From positions 298,840,001-298,904,000 of the forward strand of contig OZ024740.1 in assembly GCA_964016885.1 (NCBI GenBank): a stretch of 64,000 nt of DNA, given 5' to 3'. The position numbers and the translations under genes were made by a program. The notes beneath the pieces are model-generated. The model saw only the letters and a program-made list of their open reading frames with translations, was not told the DNA's origin and made no database searches. The stretch's first letter is position 1, and the number at the start of each line of letters is the position of its first letter. Below are positions 49,428 to 63,054 of the stretch, piece by piece. Source of the DNA: Eledone cirrhosa. Taxonomy: Eukaryota.

Positions 49428-50809
49428 ATACACACACACAAATAGACATCATAAATGTAATACTTGTGTTTTACTATGATAACAATGAAAATATGATAGT
49501 ATGGTAATTTTTGAGAAGTCAATTTATTTGTCAATTAAAATAACAGCTAGAACAACTTTAGCAGGGAAGTTATTTTTAGATAGCTTGTATTGTAGTAAAA
49601 AAAAACAACAATGCTTAATTTAAAAGTCATACAGTGCCATAGTTAATGTTCACATGTGGGTGAACATCTTACCAAGTTCTTCCTACTTTTATAATGCAAG
49701 AGTACAGTAGGAGGATTGTTGGTTAGTTTTGTTTCATTTTTGGTTCTTTGTGGTTGTTTTCATAGCTCTCTTTTTGTTTTTGTATTTTATCTTTTTTTCT
49801 TTCCTTAAAATATTTTTTTTTTACATTATTGCTGATAACAAATAGGAATTTTTATCCAAGTTAATTTTTCGTTTTATTTATTTATTAATTTATTTTTTTA
49901 TTTAATTAAAACTGAAAGTGGGTTGTGGCATAGAAAGTGAAAGAAAATGTAAAACGAAAAAAAAAAAACAAATGGGAATTAAGATTATTATAAACTGAAA
50001 TTGAAATTAAATATAAATGTGAATTAAATAAAAATTGAAATTGAAATTTAAATCAATTAAAGGAATATATTTTTTAGACTGTTAAGTGACAAGGTCACAA
50101 ACTGTGATGAAAATTTTGACACTAAGAAATAAATGATAAATATAAGGTGAACTTAACAGTTTTTATGTGTTTTTGAATGGCTACAATGATTCATCTACAA
50201 TGTAATTGTTGTTATATTTTGTTTTTGTAAATTCTAATTTGTTTTTTTATGAAAACAAAAACTAAAAAAAAAAAAAATACCAACAATAACTTACCACACA
50301 AACATGGAGCAGTGAATGTTAAATGAGAGAAAGAAAAAAATTCAGTTTGATTTTTAGTTTAAGATTTTTTTTTCTCTATCACTCTCCATCTTAGTTTATC
50401 AATTTTAGACTTCAAACTGCAAAAATCAGGCTGATGGATTTCTAAAAAAAAATTAAAATTCCAATTGTTTTTTATTCTCAGGTCAACTCTGACTGAGAAA
50501 ATTGTGATTAAAGACATTTCAGACATGACCAAACTATCTTTCATTTGGGCATTGAATATCCATGACTACATTGTCCCCTCCCTTTTCATGAGGATAAGGT
50601 GTAATTTAAAGGTGATTGTCTGCTATCTGGTGCCTGTTGAATGACTATATAGAGGCTCCCTCATTGGCTTGTTCAATCTGTTATAAATGAAACTATAATG
50701 TTGTAAAACTTGTATAAAAACACGTATCAACAACGGTAAAAATAATTTAATAGAAAAAGAAAAAAAATAGATTGAGAAGGAAGAATGGAATGTAAAATAA
50801 GAAAATATA

Positions 50810-51200
50810 AAAAACGGAAAGGTAAGGAGCTTAGTGTCACAGAGCAATGGGGAGAGGGAAGTGGGAGTGTGATGGACTCTGGGCCTAGGGTGCGGCAGTA
50901 ATGGGGCTGCACCCTGCAGACATGACCAAAAGCATTCTCACGGATAATGGCCAGCAACACCTGCTGCAACAGTCACCCCACTCGTGGGGCTCCTTCTTCA
51001 GATGCGCCGCTGACGTTCTGATCTTGCAGAGGAGCTCGGCAGTATGGAGATCATGTAAGCCTGAGGTCTCAATGGTGACCTGTGCAAAAAGGAAGCAGCC
51101 AGACAATCCCTGGTATTTGTTTATCTTCCTTTCCTCTGCATAGTAGGCTGCATAATCGGAAGTGTATCTGAAAGGTTTAGCTTCTTGCAAAGTGTTAAGA
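50810..51200 (-). mobile_element. CRE-clade non-LTR retrotransposon 3' relic (second family)
   Basis: ORF 50885-51214(-) has AAYYAEERKINKYQGLSGCFLFAQVTIETSG...AELLCKI...KKEPHE, matching AE..K..KY..L...F.P.A.ET.G. Confidence 0.7.
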
Positions 51201-51259
51201 AAATAGTTGAACACTTAACAATTGATGAGCGTCTCTTCAAGAAGAAAGTAAAATCCATA

Positions 51260-51479
51260 TTAAACTTTTTGACATTCTATTTCTAATGAAAGGCACTGCC
51301 TATAATTATCAAATCACCTTGAAAATAATTAAGAATTTGGATGGATTTAGGAATATAACTAACTTTCTCATTATTAACCTGATGTTTGGAGCATAACTTA
51401 ACAAAAGTTCTTACATAAAAGAATCAGCTTTATATTGTAAAACCAAGAACTGGTTTTAGACTGGTATCAAATGGGTTAA
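51260..51479 (+). mobile_element. TTAA-flanked MITE, family 2
   Basis: ttaaactttttgac...ggtatcaaatgggttaa. Confidence 0.55.
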
Positions 51480-53869
51480 AGTACTCTTTCTCTTTCTGGA
51501 AGAGAGTAGCTACTATGCGGAAACATATTTGAAATCACATCGAACCAAACGGCCATCTTGTTGATAGCAAAACTTCACTCATCAACATTTTATCTTCCAC
51601 ACCCACTTGCACACTGATTTGATGTGTCCTCTTGCTGTCTTGTTACTACACCAACTTCTACTTCACTAAACTAGCAAGATAATATCTCAATTGTGTCTCA
51701 CCTCTCAAATACTTTACTCAAACCTTCCTTTCTCTGCAACTACAACTCTCTGAGTTGTTTTCCAGCCCACACCTTTCTTACAAACATCAACCTTTGTGTG
51801 AGCCATAGAAATAGCATCCAGATATCTACTGCCTTTAAAGAAATAAAAAAAAGGATTAGCATATTGGATAATGCAGTCTGAAAAAGACTGTTTGAAAAGA
51901 CACAATCAATTTTTGGAAATAAGGGCAAGAAGGGTAGTGCTTATGAAAGTTTCCATGAATGGCGAGAGAAATGGGAGAAATACAACAGAGTGGAATCAGC
52001 TAAAGACATAATATCATAGATCTGTTGGAACTGGGTTGTGAGTGTAACAACAACCTACAGAAGGTGAAGCTAAACATTGACCTCACTAGTTTGGAATGTC
52101 TGTGTGTACTGCTCCTTTTATTTTAGATATGTTATCATGTTTTCTAACTTTCACGTTAGGTCAAGAATGTTTGCAGAACTGGGTCCTTGATTTAATTTTG
52201 CAAATCCTAGCCCTGACCAAGTAGTTGACAGGAAATTACTTTATTGATCTCAAAAGGACAAAAAGAGAAGTCAACATTAGTAAGATTTTAACTGAGAACA
52301 TGAAAAGATACAACTAAAAGGAATTTTATCTAGCTCTCTACTATTTCTGCCAACCCACTGCCTTACAAAAAACTATTCATGCTTATTTGATAACTGGAGA
52401 ATTTAAATCATAACTGCTGATCTTTTTTTAAAAAAGTAACTTTACCATTTCACATTACTTGCTTTGATCTAAAACTGTGTTAGTCTGAATTTTACCACAT
52501 ATTCACTTTTGTTATTATCTTTACTTTCCAAACTTTATAATATTAATTTCTTACATTGGTGCAAAGTAAAAAGATCCATAAAAGGGGAAGGGGCATAGTT
52601 GATTAAATTGACACACAAAATACTTACTGGTACTTTTATCAATCCTAGCAAAATAAACATTCAAAGTTATCAACAGCAATATTTGAACTCAGAATATAAA
52701 GCAAAGATACTAAGTACCACAAGGCATTTTATCTGGTACTTCAATCATACTACTGCCATATTAAATAGTCTATAATATTAATTATCAAAGTCTTTCAGTA
52801 TACGTTTTTATGGCATGCTTGCTGTTACATGATGCACCATTCCATGGCATCTCTAGGATACAGTGGTATGAAATATCCATTCCAGCTAACATTACAATTC
52901 TGATACACATACATACACATTATGTGTACAGTTACATGCTCACAAACATGTGCATGTACAGTCTGCTATCTTTTATTTAATTAGTCTTCACTTGCTTGGT
53001 TGTCAGGTGGGTGGCATGTGGCTGATGGTGGTGTTGGGAAGTTAATTAGAATTAATTTGACTGAGTGGAATGGGAGAAAAGGCTGAAATATGAAGCGCCA
53101 AACTGAATAACTTAATGTCAAATATCACTGACCTCCACCAAATCCCTCTCCTCCTTCCCCTTTATTTCTACCTCACTCTCTTTGTATTTGAATAGACAGA
53201 CAGGCATACATAACATGGACTCACACACAAGACATAGACACACAGGCATACATAGCATGAACTCACACATTATAGACACACAGGCATACATAATATGGAC
53301 TCAAACAAGGCATAGATACACAGATATTTGCACACTGAGATCAGATTGAAATTTTGCCACAGCATTTGATGTAAAACAAGACAAATGAGATAGTTTTTGA
53401 GGAATTAAAATCTGCATGTTGCGTGTGCAGCTGCATTGAAGGAATAAATCAATTGATCATTGTGGCTGATGTCTTCAGTGAAACCTTCCTTAGCTCACTT
53501 ATCATTTTCTGCTGCTACCAAACATGCTTTAACATTTCCACCCTCACTCTCCTGTGCCCTCTCTTTCCAAAAGTTTGCGTGCCATTTCTTCAACTCTTTG
53601 GTGACTTTTTACTAATTGCAGGGATTTCTACCATATTTCAGTTCATCTTAACTGTAATGTGTATCTGGGATCATTTTGGTTGTGACAGTTGATGCTTCTC
53701 ACAAAATTCGAATCTAATCTAATAGATTAGATCCAAATAATTCCACTTTTTCTTCATACAATGCTAAGCTACTGTTTAAAGACGAGTCAGCATGGGAGCC
53801 TTTAAGTGGTCGTTTGACTTGCTATAAATAGCAATCAAATCACCCTGAGTCATCTTAAAATAGAGTCTA

Positions 53870-54167
53870 AGTCTTGTCTAAGTCTAAAGTCTGTTTCAAG
53901 CCAGAAGTCTTGTTAGGCCAATGCTTATCCTGGTTTTGTGGTGTGAAACAAGTGAGAGTACAAGACTCACCACTGGATAGGATGCCAATTCATTGCATGG
54001 TCAAACCCTCAGCTATTGCTGGTACTCATTTACAGCCAAGTATACTTGAGCAACATGAAATGAAGTGTTTTGCTCAAGAACATAGCATGCAACCCAGCCT
54101 AAGAATCGAACCCACAACATTATGATTGTAAGTCCAACACCCTTACCATTAAGCTGCATGCCTCCAT
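53870..54167 (-). mobile_element. tRNA-derived SINE (V-domain-like body) nested in the unclassified repeat
   Basis: Minus strand tggaggcatgcagcttaatggtaaggg...ggttcgattc (A/B boxes), ttcttgagcaaaacactt, and tgcaatgaattggcatcctatccagtgg. Confidence 0.7.
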
Positions 54168-54876
54168 ATAGGGTCGGCCATATTAAATAATTTAGTTCTA
54201 GATACCCTAAAAAGCAGGTTGGTCATCGCTAGAATCTCTTTGATCATACGTTGCTTGATTGAAGCTGACCTAGGGATAAATAACAACATTTAAAGGAAGA
54301 CCTGGAGGAGATTCACTCAATTTATATGTCATAAATATAGGAAGGGCATCCAATTTTGAAACCATACCAAACAAAGGGTTACAAAGATTCTTCGTGCAAA
54401 GGACATAATAACCCCTTTAGTATTGATGCCATGTTAAAATGCACCCAGTACACCCTGTAATGTGGTTGGCATTAGGAAGGACATTCAATTGTAGAAACCA
54501 TACCACAACTGGAATATATGTAAGCAAGCTGTAGTCCTTGGTCCATCTAGGAGAATAATAGTTCTGATAAATATTGTCTTGATCTGTAATGACCCATCCA
54601 ATACATGCCAGCATATAGAAATGCACATAAAATGATGATAATGATTATGATGACTGGCTATAAAATTAATGTAATGGGCAACTAACCACATAGTCAACTG
54701 TATATTTTTCTGTTAATTTACTGTTCACTGGTTAGTGGTAGGAAGAACAGTAATTAAAAAACATAATTACCTCATGTTCGTTTGGAAATATTGATATGAA
54801 ACAACAAAGTACAAATAAGCATTGGCCACTTGTCGATATTATATTTAGGTATAGTAGTGTACACAATTGTCATATC

Positions 54877-55000
54877 ATCTTCTCATGACTATTATTGTTG
54901 TTATTCTTGTTTTGATTATTGTCATTATTATTAAAATATCGTCTTCTCATGACTATTATTGTTGTTATTCTTGTTTTGATTATTGTCATTATTATTAAAA
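54877..55000. repeat. ~62-nt tandem duplication
   Basis: tcttctcatgactattattgttgttattcttgttttgattattgtcattattattaaaat occurs twice. Confidence 0.9.
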
Positions 55001-55084
55001 TTACTATATGTAAAGGGCTGTAATTCTATGCAGCAAAGCAGGGTTTCTGACTCTTTAATGAAACTGCCAATCCACCGCCTTTAC

Positions 55085-55236
55085 GTTTTGAGTTCAAATC
55101 CTGCCGAGGTTAGCTTTGCTTTTTATCCTTACAGTGGCAATAAAATAAAGTACTAGTCATGCAATGGGGGTTGATTTAATTGACTTTGCCTTCCCCCAAA
55201 ATTTCTGGCCTTGTGTCTAAATCAGAAACCATTATT
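55085..55236 (+). mobile_element. Nin/Deu-like SINE whose 5' head is a short inverted piece
   Basis: The body is on +, but 55064-55079 ctgccaatccaccgcc is the reverse complement of the SINE 5' end. Confidence 0.75.
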
Positions 55237-57087
55237 ACAATTTTCATAACGATGCTAAACAACGAAACGAATCATTAGGCAAGGCTGTAATGAATAGTGT
55301 GAGGACTGCAATTGAGAAAGGTTAAAAGTTGAACTGTTGTTAGTTCCAGCACTGTGACAAAGTGTATTAATATTTTCATATTTGCAGATTGCATCACCGT
55401 TAGGGCAATTGCAACAACTGATTACTGAATATTTTCACTGAGATAATTAGATTTAATGAAGATATCAATTGCCATCAATCAATAATGTTTTCTCAATATT
55501 CTATTTCTCACTTTCTCTCTATCTCTCTTTCTCCAATTCATTTTCGCTATAATATTAAACTTACTTCATCACTTTTCAAGTTTAACTGCATTTTGTTTTT
55601 CTTTATCTAAAACTGCACATGTCAACTATAGACTTGATTACTTGGTGCAACTTCCAGCAACAGAATCGTTTTTTTTAAACCGACTATTACTTCTTCTCCT
55701 ACCACAAGGAGAATAACTGAGGTTTTTAGTTTAATTTAATTCAGTCATTGTCTTCTTCTTCTTCTTCTCCTTCTTCTCCTGCTGCTGCTGCTGCAGCAAC
55801 ATTTTTTCGTGTATGGGTGTAGGATTATGTTTATATACTAGTAGTGTTGCCCAATAAATAACATACTGAATTGGTAATCAGTTTGTTGAATGAGAATTGC
55901 AGTGTTTATGTGTGAATGAATATAAGAAAAATATGTTTATGTTATTTTTAACATAGCTACATCTTTTGACAGTATATCATCCACACCACTTTGATCTCTG
56001 CACTCATGGATATGTCATATCTAAAAATAAACAAGATGCTATTGTCTGGAATATCTTTGTCTAATTTCATATTATTCCTCTATAAGAAGTGAATGATTTA
56101 TATATATTTATTATATATAAATTGGACCATTTGTTTTTGTTTTGCATCATTTTTCATTTTTTTTGCATTTGAAAAGAGTGTATTAACCCTGAAATATTAT
56201 GTTGAAATATACTGGGTAAGAAAAACATTACTTTGTTTTGTTTTATTTGTCATCTTTGGTCCTTTATATATTTTTACTGCATTGTGTTAGCTTTCTCAAA
56301 TAGTTATTAGTTGGAGCACAGTTAAAAAAATGTATGGGTATGGTTATAGCACTATTAAACGAGAGGCTACATCATCACAGGTGGAGCACTATTAGGAAAG
56401 GGGGCTGGGGGCCATAGTTAGAGAGCAAGATATGAAAAGACAAAGATTACAAGTGGTAGGAAGAGGAGTTGAATTTACAAAAGTTCACAAATTATGTGCG
56501 TATGTTTGCATGTATATATATATGAGAGGGAGACTGAAGTTATCTTTATGTAGTGTATGTTTGCATAGTACACACTCATAAGTTAACTATTAGCTACTGA
56601 TCATAATAACTATAAAACAATATATACATATATATATAAATCTGAAAGCAGTATAGAAAATAAATAGTTGTTTAAATCTATTTACAATCTCAATTGTCAG
56701 ATATATCATTCCATACTTAGAATTCTTATTGTAAATTGAAACTCACATATTTGAAATCACTTTTGAAAATGTATGTAAAATATGTTATCTGATAATATTT
56801 CGTTAAAAGCATTATTAAAAACATTATTCATTCATTCTCTCATTAGTTCCAGTCTGTGACCATGCTGGTGCACCACCATAATTGTAGCTGATAATATTGC
56901 CTCTAGTACTTATTATTTCAAGATTGGTATATACTTTTTCAATCTTGTTTTTGTCAGACTATTATGTTATGGGACAAACATAGATGTGGCAATACTTACA
57001 ATTCATATTAAAAACCGAACATTGAAATTAACACATTTGAAATCTTGAAAAATTATGGAAAATATATTATTTGATAAGGAAATTAAT

Positions 57088-57280
57088 ATTGATTTCTGAT
57101 TTAGCCACAAGGCCAGCAATTTTTGGGGAGAGGGTGGTTGATTAAATCGATCCCGGTGTGTTACTGGTACTTTATTTTATCAACTCTGTAAGGATGAAAG
57201 CAAAGCTAATCTCATTGAGATTTGAACTCAGAATGTAAAAGGCCATAACTATATGCTGCAAAGTATGCTTTACCGATACT
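57088..57280 (-). mobile_element. Nin/Deu-like SINE, long subfamily
   Basis: Matches the consensus. Confidence 0.8.
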
Positions 57281-57299
57281 AATGCTCTACCATGCTCCC

Positions 57300-57528
57300 T
57301 TAATCATTTAGCATTTAAACCAGCTGTATCTGGCCAGAATTCTCTCACCTCTTTCTGTTCAAACTGGCTGTAACTGGCCACTCATATTGATGTTAAGGTA
57401 TTGTTATCAAAATAAATAATATCAAAATCTCATAGATTCGATTTTAAGTGAGATAATTATGTGAAGTAAAGCCTCTACCATGAAAATACAATAGTAAATA
57501 TAAAGTAATGTAAATGCTAAAAGGTTAA
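57300..57528 (-). mobile_element. TTAA-flanked MITE, family 1
   Basis: ttaatcatttagcatttaaa...taaatgctaaaaggttaa. Confidence 0.85.
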
Positions 57529-58364
57529 GGAAGTTAATATTAAAAAATATTTCATTTAGAACATAAAAGAACAATAACATTCAGATAAATCCCATATGTT
57601 TTTTTTAATATTAGTATATCTTAATCTTAAAGGGTTTAGTCAATCTATTTTACCCCAGTTTGTATTTTCTTTAAGTCTGGTACATATTTCATCTATCTCG
57701 TTTTTTTGTTGAACCATTATGTTTAAAAGCCATAAGCACAGACATGAACACAAATGTAAACACAAATACACACATATGTGCTGGCTGTTACTTTTAGCAG
57801 GTTGAATTGATCATTATGTCATCTCCTGACATTTGTTGTGACATTTGTGTGTGTGTGCATGTATGTATGTATGTATGTATGTATGTAATGATTACCCATA
57901 ATGCTGGCTTCACTATTGATTTGTTTAATAAAATACATAAATCAAAACATTTTCCATGCAAAATAAATTGTTTCGGCTAGAATAAAGCCACATACAAACA
58001 TACAAAAAGAGAATTTTAGTATTATAGAGTTGTTAGGTTTGTTTTGCCTTATTGTGGAGTTTAAGTTTTTTGTTTCCTGTCTAAATTTTGCTGTGAATTA
58101 ATTATTTCTCGCCCCTTCCTCCTTTTTTCATTTGATGTATAAGTCCCACTGCTTTTCCACCCTATGTTTGTAAGAACTCTTATTCACCATCATTGTATAA
58201 CCCCCACCCTCACTGTTTTTCCACTGTCTTTTTATAAAATACCTTATTTACCATCATCGTGAAACTGATTATCGTTGTTCTTGTAATTATTTTTCATTTG
58301 TCTTTTTTTTATTTTATGTATGTTAAATGTTTTGTTTTGGTTTTGTTTTTTCTATCGTATTAAT

Positions 58365-58632
58365 CTATGTCATATCTATGTAATGCCTCATAGTGCTATT
58401 GTCTGCAACGCAACCGATGTCATATATATGTGTTCCATAGTGCTATTGTCTTCAATGTAATCTATGTCATATCTATGTAATGCCTCATAGTGCTATTGTC
58501 TGCAACGAAGCCAATGTCATATATAAGTAGTGTTCCATAGTGCTATTGTCTTCAATGTAACCTATGTCATATATATGTAGTGCCTCATAGAGCTATCTCC
58601 TGTCGTATGTAGTGCACTCATAGTGCTATCTC
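58365..58632. repeat. ~48-nt minisatellite with alternating A/B units
   Basis: tatgtcatatctatgtaatgcctcatagtgctattgtc alternates with gatgtcatatat..gtgttccatagtgctattgtc. Confidence 0.9.
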
Positions 58633-58904
58633 TTTTCACCGATGGTGTCTCGTAGTGTTTATGCCTGTATGTTCTGCATATTTGTAAGTCTTGGGGTTTT
58701 AGTTAAGTATTTCCATGTTTCTAGTTATTCCCAAAACAGCAGCTATTGTTATAGGAATTGTTTCTGTTTTCACTGCTCACATTCTGGTAATTTTTCCATT
58801 TCTTTCAGTGACTCTGCCATTTATTTGGAGTGATATTTTACTAAGGAGGAATTTATCTTCTTAGTTGTCCTTGACAACAGTATCTGGTTGTTTAGCCTTG
58901 ATCT

Positions 58905-59093
58905 CCTTGTTTGTGTGTGTTAGCATATCCCATAGTATTTCTTTGTTTGTGCGTGTTAGCATATCCCATAGTAGTATTTCGTTGTGTGTTAGTATATCCC
59001 ATAGTATGATTTCTTTGTGGGTGCGTGTTGGCATATCCCATAGTATTTATTTGTTTGTGTGTTTTGACATATCCCACAGTATGATTTATTTGT
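58905..59093. repeat. ~35-nt minisatellite
   Basis: ttgtttgtgtgtgttagcatatcccatagtattt, about 5 copies. Confidence 0.9.
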
Positions 59094-59739
59094 AATTTTC
59101 TGAGATCTTGTGTAATGTATATTTGTATAACATATTTTCTACTGCTATTTCATAATGCTATCATAATTCTCAGTGTATGGAAAACTCACCTCTGTTATGC
59201 TTGTCTTAAATTATTTCTAATATAAGACTAGAGAAGCAGAAACAATGTATTTAACTGCTTCTTCCCTATCTCTAAATATCCTGCAATTATTTGATATGTT
59301 CTGCTTCATTTCATGGTTCTGGTAGTTTCTGGTGGAAGGCTTTGGCCTCATGCTGCAATCAAGAATCCTACAGTCCCAGCTTTAAATCCTGCATTTCTTT
59401 AAATCCTGCAGTTTCTTCAGGTATTGGTTATGCAGAAGCTTTTCTTGTTGTTTCTCCTCCCAACTGGTTGTCACTATGTTTTGTATTTGTTGACTTTCTT
59501 CAAAATAGAAATCAGTTCTTTGTTATTTTTGTAATGTTTTGTAGCTATTTATATTATTTACAAGAGGTGGAATGGGATAATAAACAGACCAACAGAAAAT
59601 ATAGTCTTTGTATGTGCCATATGTACAGGGATAGATGGTTGTAAGAGCATCAATGAAATAAATGTTTTCCTTTCCTGGGAACGCTCCATAGCATCTATTA
59701 ACTAGGTGACTTAATTAGTATATTAGCTAGAATAAGAAC

Positions 59740-60100
59740 ATGATGGAAAAAGGCTGAAGAGAAATGAAGTAAGCATGCTTTAATAGATATGCAATATTAA
59801 TGTGCATGAACAACAATGCAGATGAGCTAAGAGAAAAACTGGGTATAAGAAAGATCAGATGTAGTGTGTAAGAGAGAAGACTGAACTTGTGATGCATATG
59901 GATGATGATTGTTGGGTGAAGAAGTGCCAAGAAATCCCAGTGGAAGGATGCTGCAGTAGAGGACAACCAAGGAAGATCTGGACAGATAGGGTGAGAGCTG
60001 ATCCCAAATTTCCGAAGCTTACAGAGGAGATGACAAAGAAATATAACAAGTGGAGAGATGCTGTGTTGGAAAAGACCTGTTCAACCCATGCAAACATGAT
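59740..60100 (+). mobile_element. RTE LINE 3' fragment
   Basis: MHMDDDCWVKKCQEIPVEGCCSRGQPRKIW...KWRDAVLEKTCSTHA. Confidence 0.85.
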
Positions 60101-60325
60101 TGCTCTGATTGATTGACAAGATCCCAGACCTCGTTCACTTGTTGAGCAGGATGGGCCTTGTCAAATCAGACCAAGGAAACAATGTTTCCATTGGTCTTTC
60201 TACTGCTGGCAGTAAGGGCAACATGAAAATAAAGTGTTTTGTCCAAGGACACAATGCATCACCCAGTCTGAGAATTGAACTCACAACCTCACAATTGCAA
60301 ATTTTACTCTCTAACCACTAAGCTT
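60100..60325 (-). mobile_element. tRNA-derived SINE
   Basis: Head cttagtggttagag...gtgagttcaattctcagactgggtgatg, shared with 27530-27610. Confidence 0.7.
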
Positions 60326-61289
60326 TGCAAACATGATAAAACAGACAAAAAAAAAAGAATGATGATGATAATTGTAATTTACAAGATATGTTTGTAGAAT
60401 TACAGGAGATATTTTATAATTGTTTTTATAAGGTTTCTATTTTCTTGCATTGTTGGTCAAATCTGTGTCTGCTTTTGTATGGCATATGCAAAATGCAGTA
60501 ATTATTTTCTCTCTTTTTTTTCTGTCTAGTCTTTTCAGTTCATTTAGTTGAGAAGATTTTAACTATAATTTACTATGGGAACAAGTAGATTATTGATGCA
60601 TATTACCTTATTTTTCTTAATCAATTAACTCTGTTTTAAGTATTGATCTAATGCATCTATAATATTTCTTTCTTTTAATGCAATGTCTGTTGAAGAAGGC
60701 TACTTATTGTTCCTAGGTTAGCACAAATAATAGTCTATATACTCTGTCTACTTCATTGATTCCTAAGTATTTCTAAGTCTCTGTTTGATCTAATTCTCTT
60801 ATCTCTGTTTATTTATCTAACATATTAGTATTCTTAATTAATTTTCCTCTGTCCAAGGTTGCCTTGGTACATTTTTCTAATCCTTATCTCTTCAATTCCC
60901 CTACTAAATTTATTAGTCTGTCTGTAGCATAATACATGATGTCATCCAAGTCCAGTTTGGTTTAACATGCTCATGGGTATTAGCATCAGACAGGAAAAGA
61001 GTGCAATATGGTGTCCTCTTTGAATATACCTTTTCTGATAGAGTTGTACTTACAACAATGCAATATTATTAACAAGATGAGAACTTAAACTAGTTGTCTG
61101 TAACCTTATTGAGAGAAGTAGATGGCAGAATTAGTTATGTACCAGACACAGTCTCTTGCGGTAATTACTTATCTACTTTTACATTCTGAATTCAAATTCC
61201 AATTGAGTAGATTTTACTTTTCATCCTTATTTAATGAAGAACCAGTCAAATACTAGTAGGGTTCATCTAATAGACTGCACCTCCTTCAC

Positions 61290-61457
61290 TTCTTCTTCTT
61301 CTTCTTCATCTTCTTCTTCTTTTTCTTCTTCTTTTTCTTTTTTTTCTTTTTCTTTTTTTTCTTTTTCTTCTTTTTCTTTTTCTTTTTTTTCTTTTTCTTC
61401 TTTTTCTTTTTCTTTTTCTTTTTCTTTTTCTTTTTCTTCTTTTTCTTCTTCTTCTTG
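61290..61457. repeat. (TTC)n / poly-T low-complexity tract
   Basis: Read directly; explains the poly-K and poly-S ORFs. Confidence 0.95.
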
Positions 61458-63054
61458 AGAGAGTCCTGAAGCACTCCTTCCAGCAGGTCCTGTTAGAAGC
61501 AGCTGTCTCCAACTGATCCAGCTGGATCCCTTGTGTGATCAGCTGATCTCATGGAGGTTATCCAACCATCTTGCTCAGGGTCTACCTCTAGGTCTACTGC
61601 CAGTTGGTTTTGCCCATAAAATCTGTCCAGCAATTCTTTCTTGATACATTCTAACCACATGCTTGTAATATAAGAGCTGTGATTTGTCAATTCTAATAGA
61701 CTCTCTTTTCCAGAAATGTGTGTGGCCTTGTGCTTTTTTTAGATATTAATATTACACCATCATTAACATTATTGTGAGTTGTACAATTACCTATTACCAC
61801 TTACCTTATAAATCTGATGCTTCACACCTACAGTGAAGTTCATTATTAGCAAAACACATCTCATATGTGTTTGTTTGATTAACAAAAACAAATACATTCT
61901 AATTTGCGAGCAACTGCATGCTCACTTCAACAACACACATGCATAACAAACAACATGCAACACACATACACTACACTATACACAAAGCTATGTACAAATA
62001 CACTCTCTTGAACTTGTAACATAATGTAATAATGTTTTGTGTGTGTGCGTGCTTGCATATTTCTTTTTTGATGTTAATTCTCTAATTACTTCCATCATAT
62101 TTTGCTGTCAGGTTACTCAGAGATGTTCCCAAAAGACAACACTCCTCTATGTAGTGATGCCTTGTCATGCAGTTTTATTTATTTATTTATTGTGTTTTCT
62201 ATTTTCTGTGTGAGAACTACTTACTGCCATTTGAATGTCACTAAAAGAAGAATTGAAACAAATCCAGATAGTTCTATAGTATTTCATCTTCACTTTTGAC
62301 ATGTCACTTCACCTACAACTATCAATCCCATCCATGCTACTGCCTCTTCTTTGTAGGATTCAAAATGGTGATTGGTGGAAGGTTAATACTACACCAGTTT
62401 CTGCTACTGCTATTATTTGTATCATTTGTAATGTGACATTCCCTTACTGTCAAATGTGCCTGCATACATGGCCAAACATTGCATTGTACAGTGTACAGTA
62501 CAGTCCTAAAACAGACTGAATGTTCTTCATATTGTAGGTAAGAGTAGGTGTGAGAAACCTACAGATGGATGATTTGTTGTTAAACATTTTCTTGGCTACC
62601 TCCTGTGCTGTTGATTTGTTTGAACAGACTTATCTGGGAGTACACAACAACACTAACTACAGCAACAGCAGATTGTTCACATGGCTACTCAATTTGCTGA
62701 AAATAGTAGCCAAATTTCTTTTAAATTATACCCCACAATCTTAAAATAAGAACACATTCAATAAGTCTTGATATTCAGCGCTCGAATACCTTTGATCATA
62801 AGTCAGTTTAATAAGCACTGATTTGGGAATAAACAGCAACAGCAATATGTCATGCTAATAGTGTACAGTTATGAAAATGTTCATCTTATTCAATATAGAG
62901 TCCAAATCTTTTTAAAGAAAAACAACTCATTGCTGTCTTCAAAATGGAGTCCATTTAAAAAATTCCTTGAAATAAGTATGATGACTGAGTGTTGATTTGC
63001 AAACCAAATATTTTAGTGTATGCTAGTGAGCATATTGTATTACTATACAAGACA

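Larger units (their letters stand above)
58365..61070 (-). mobile_element. Decayed R4/Dong LINE (RT to REL end), interrupted by an RTE fragment, a SINE and minisatellites
   Basis: Minus-strand remnants IRKGIF (~61030), LDDIMYYA (~60940), GLEKCTKATL (~60870), GFKAGTVGFLIAA..QS..TRNY (~59360), ILWDMLTHTNKEIKAKQPDTVVKD (~58900), SLKEMEKL and KTETIPI. Confidence 0.8.

Noticed and set aside
55388-55441. Possible terminal exon IASPLGQLQQLITEYFH* after tttgcag
   Set aside because: Too short, with no recognisable homology and no supporting upstream exon.
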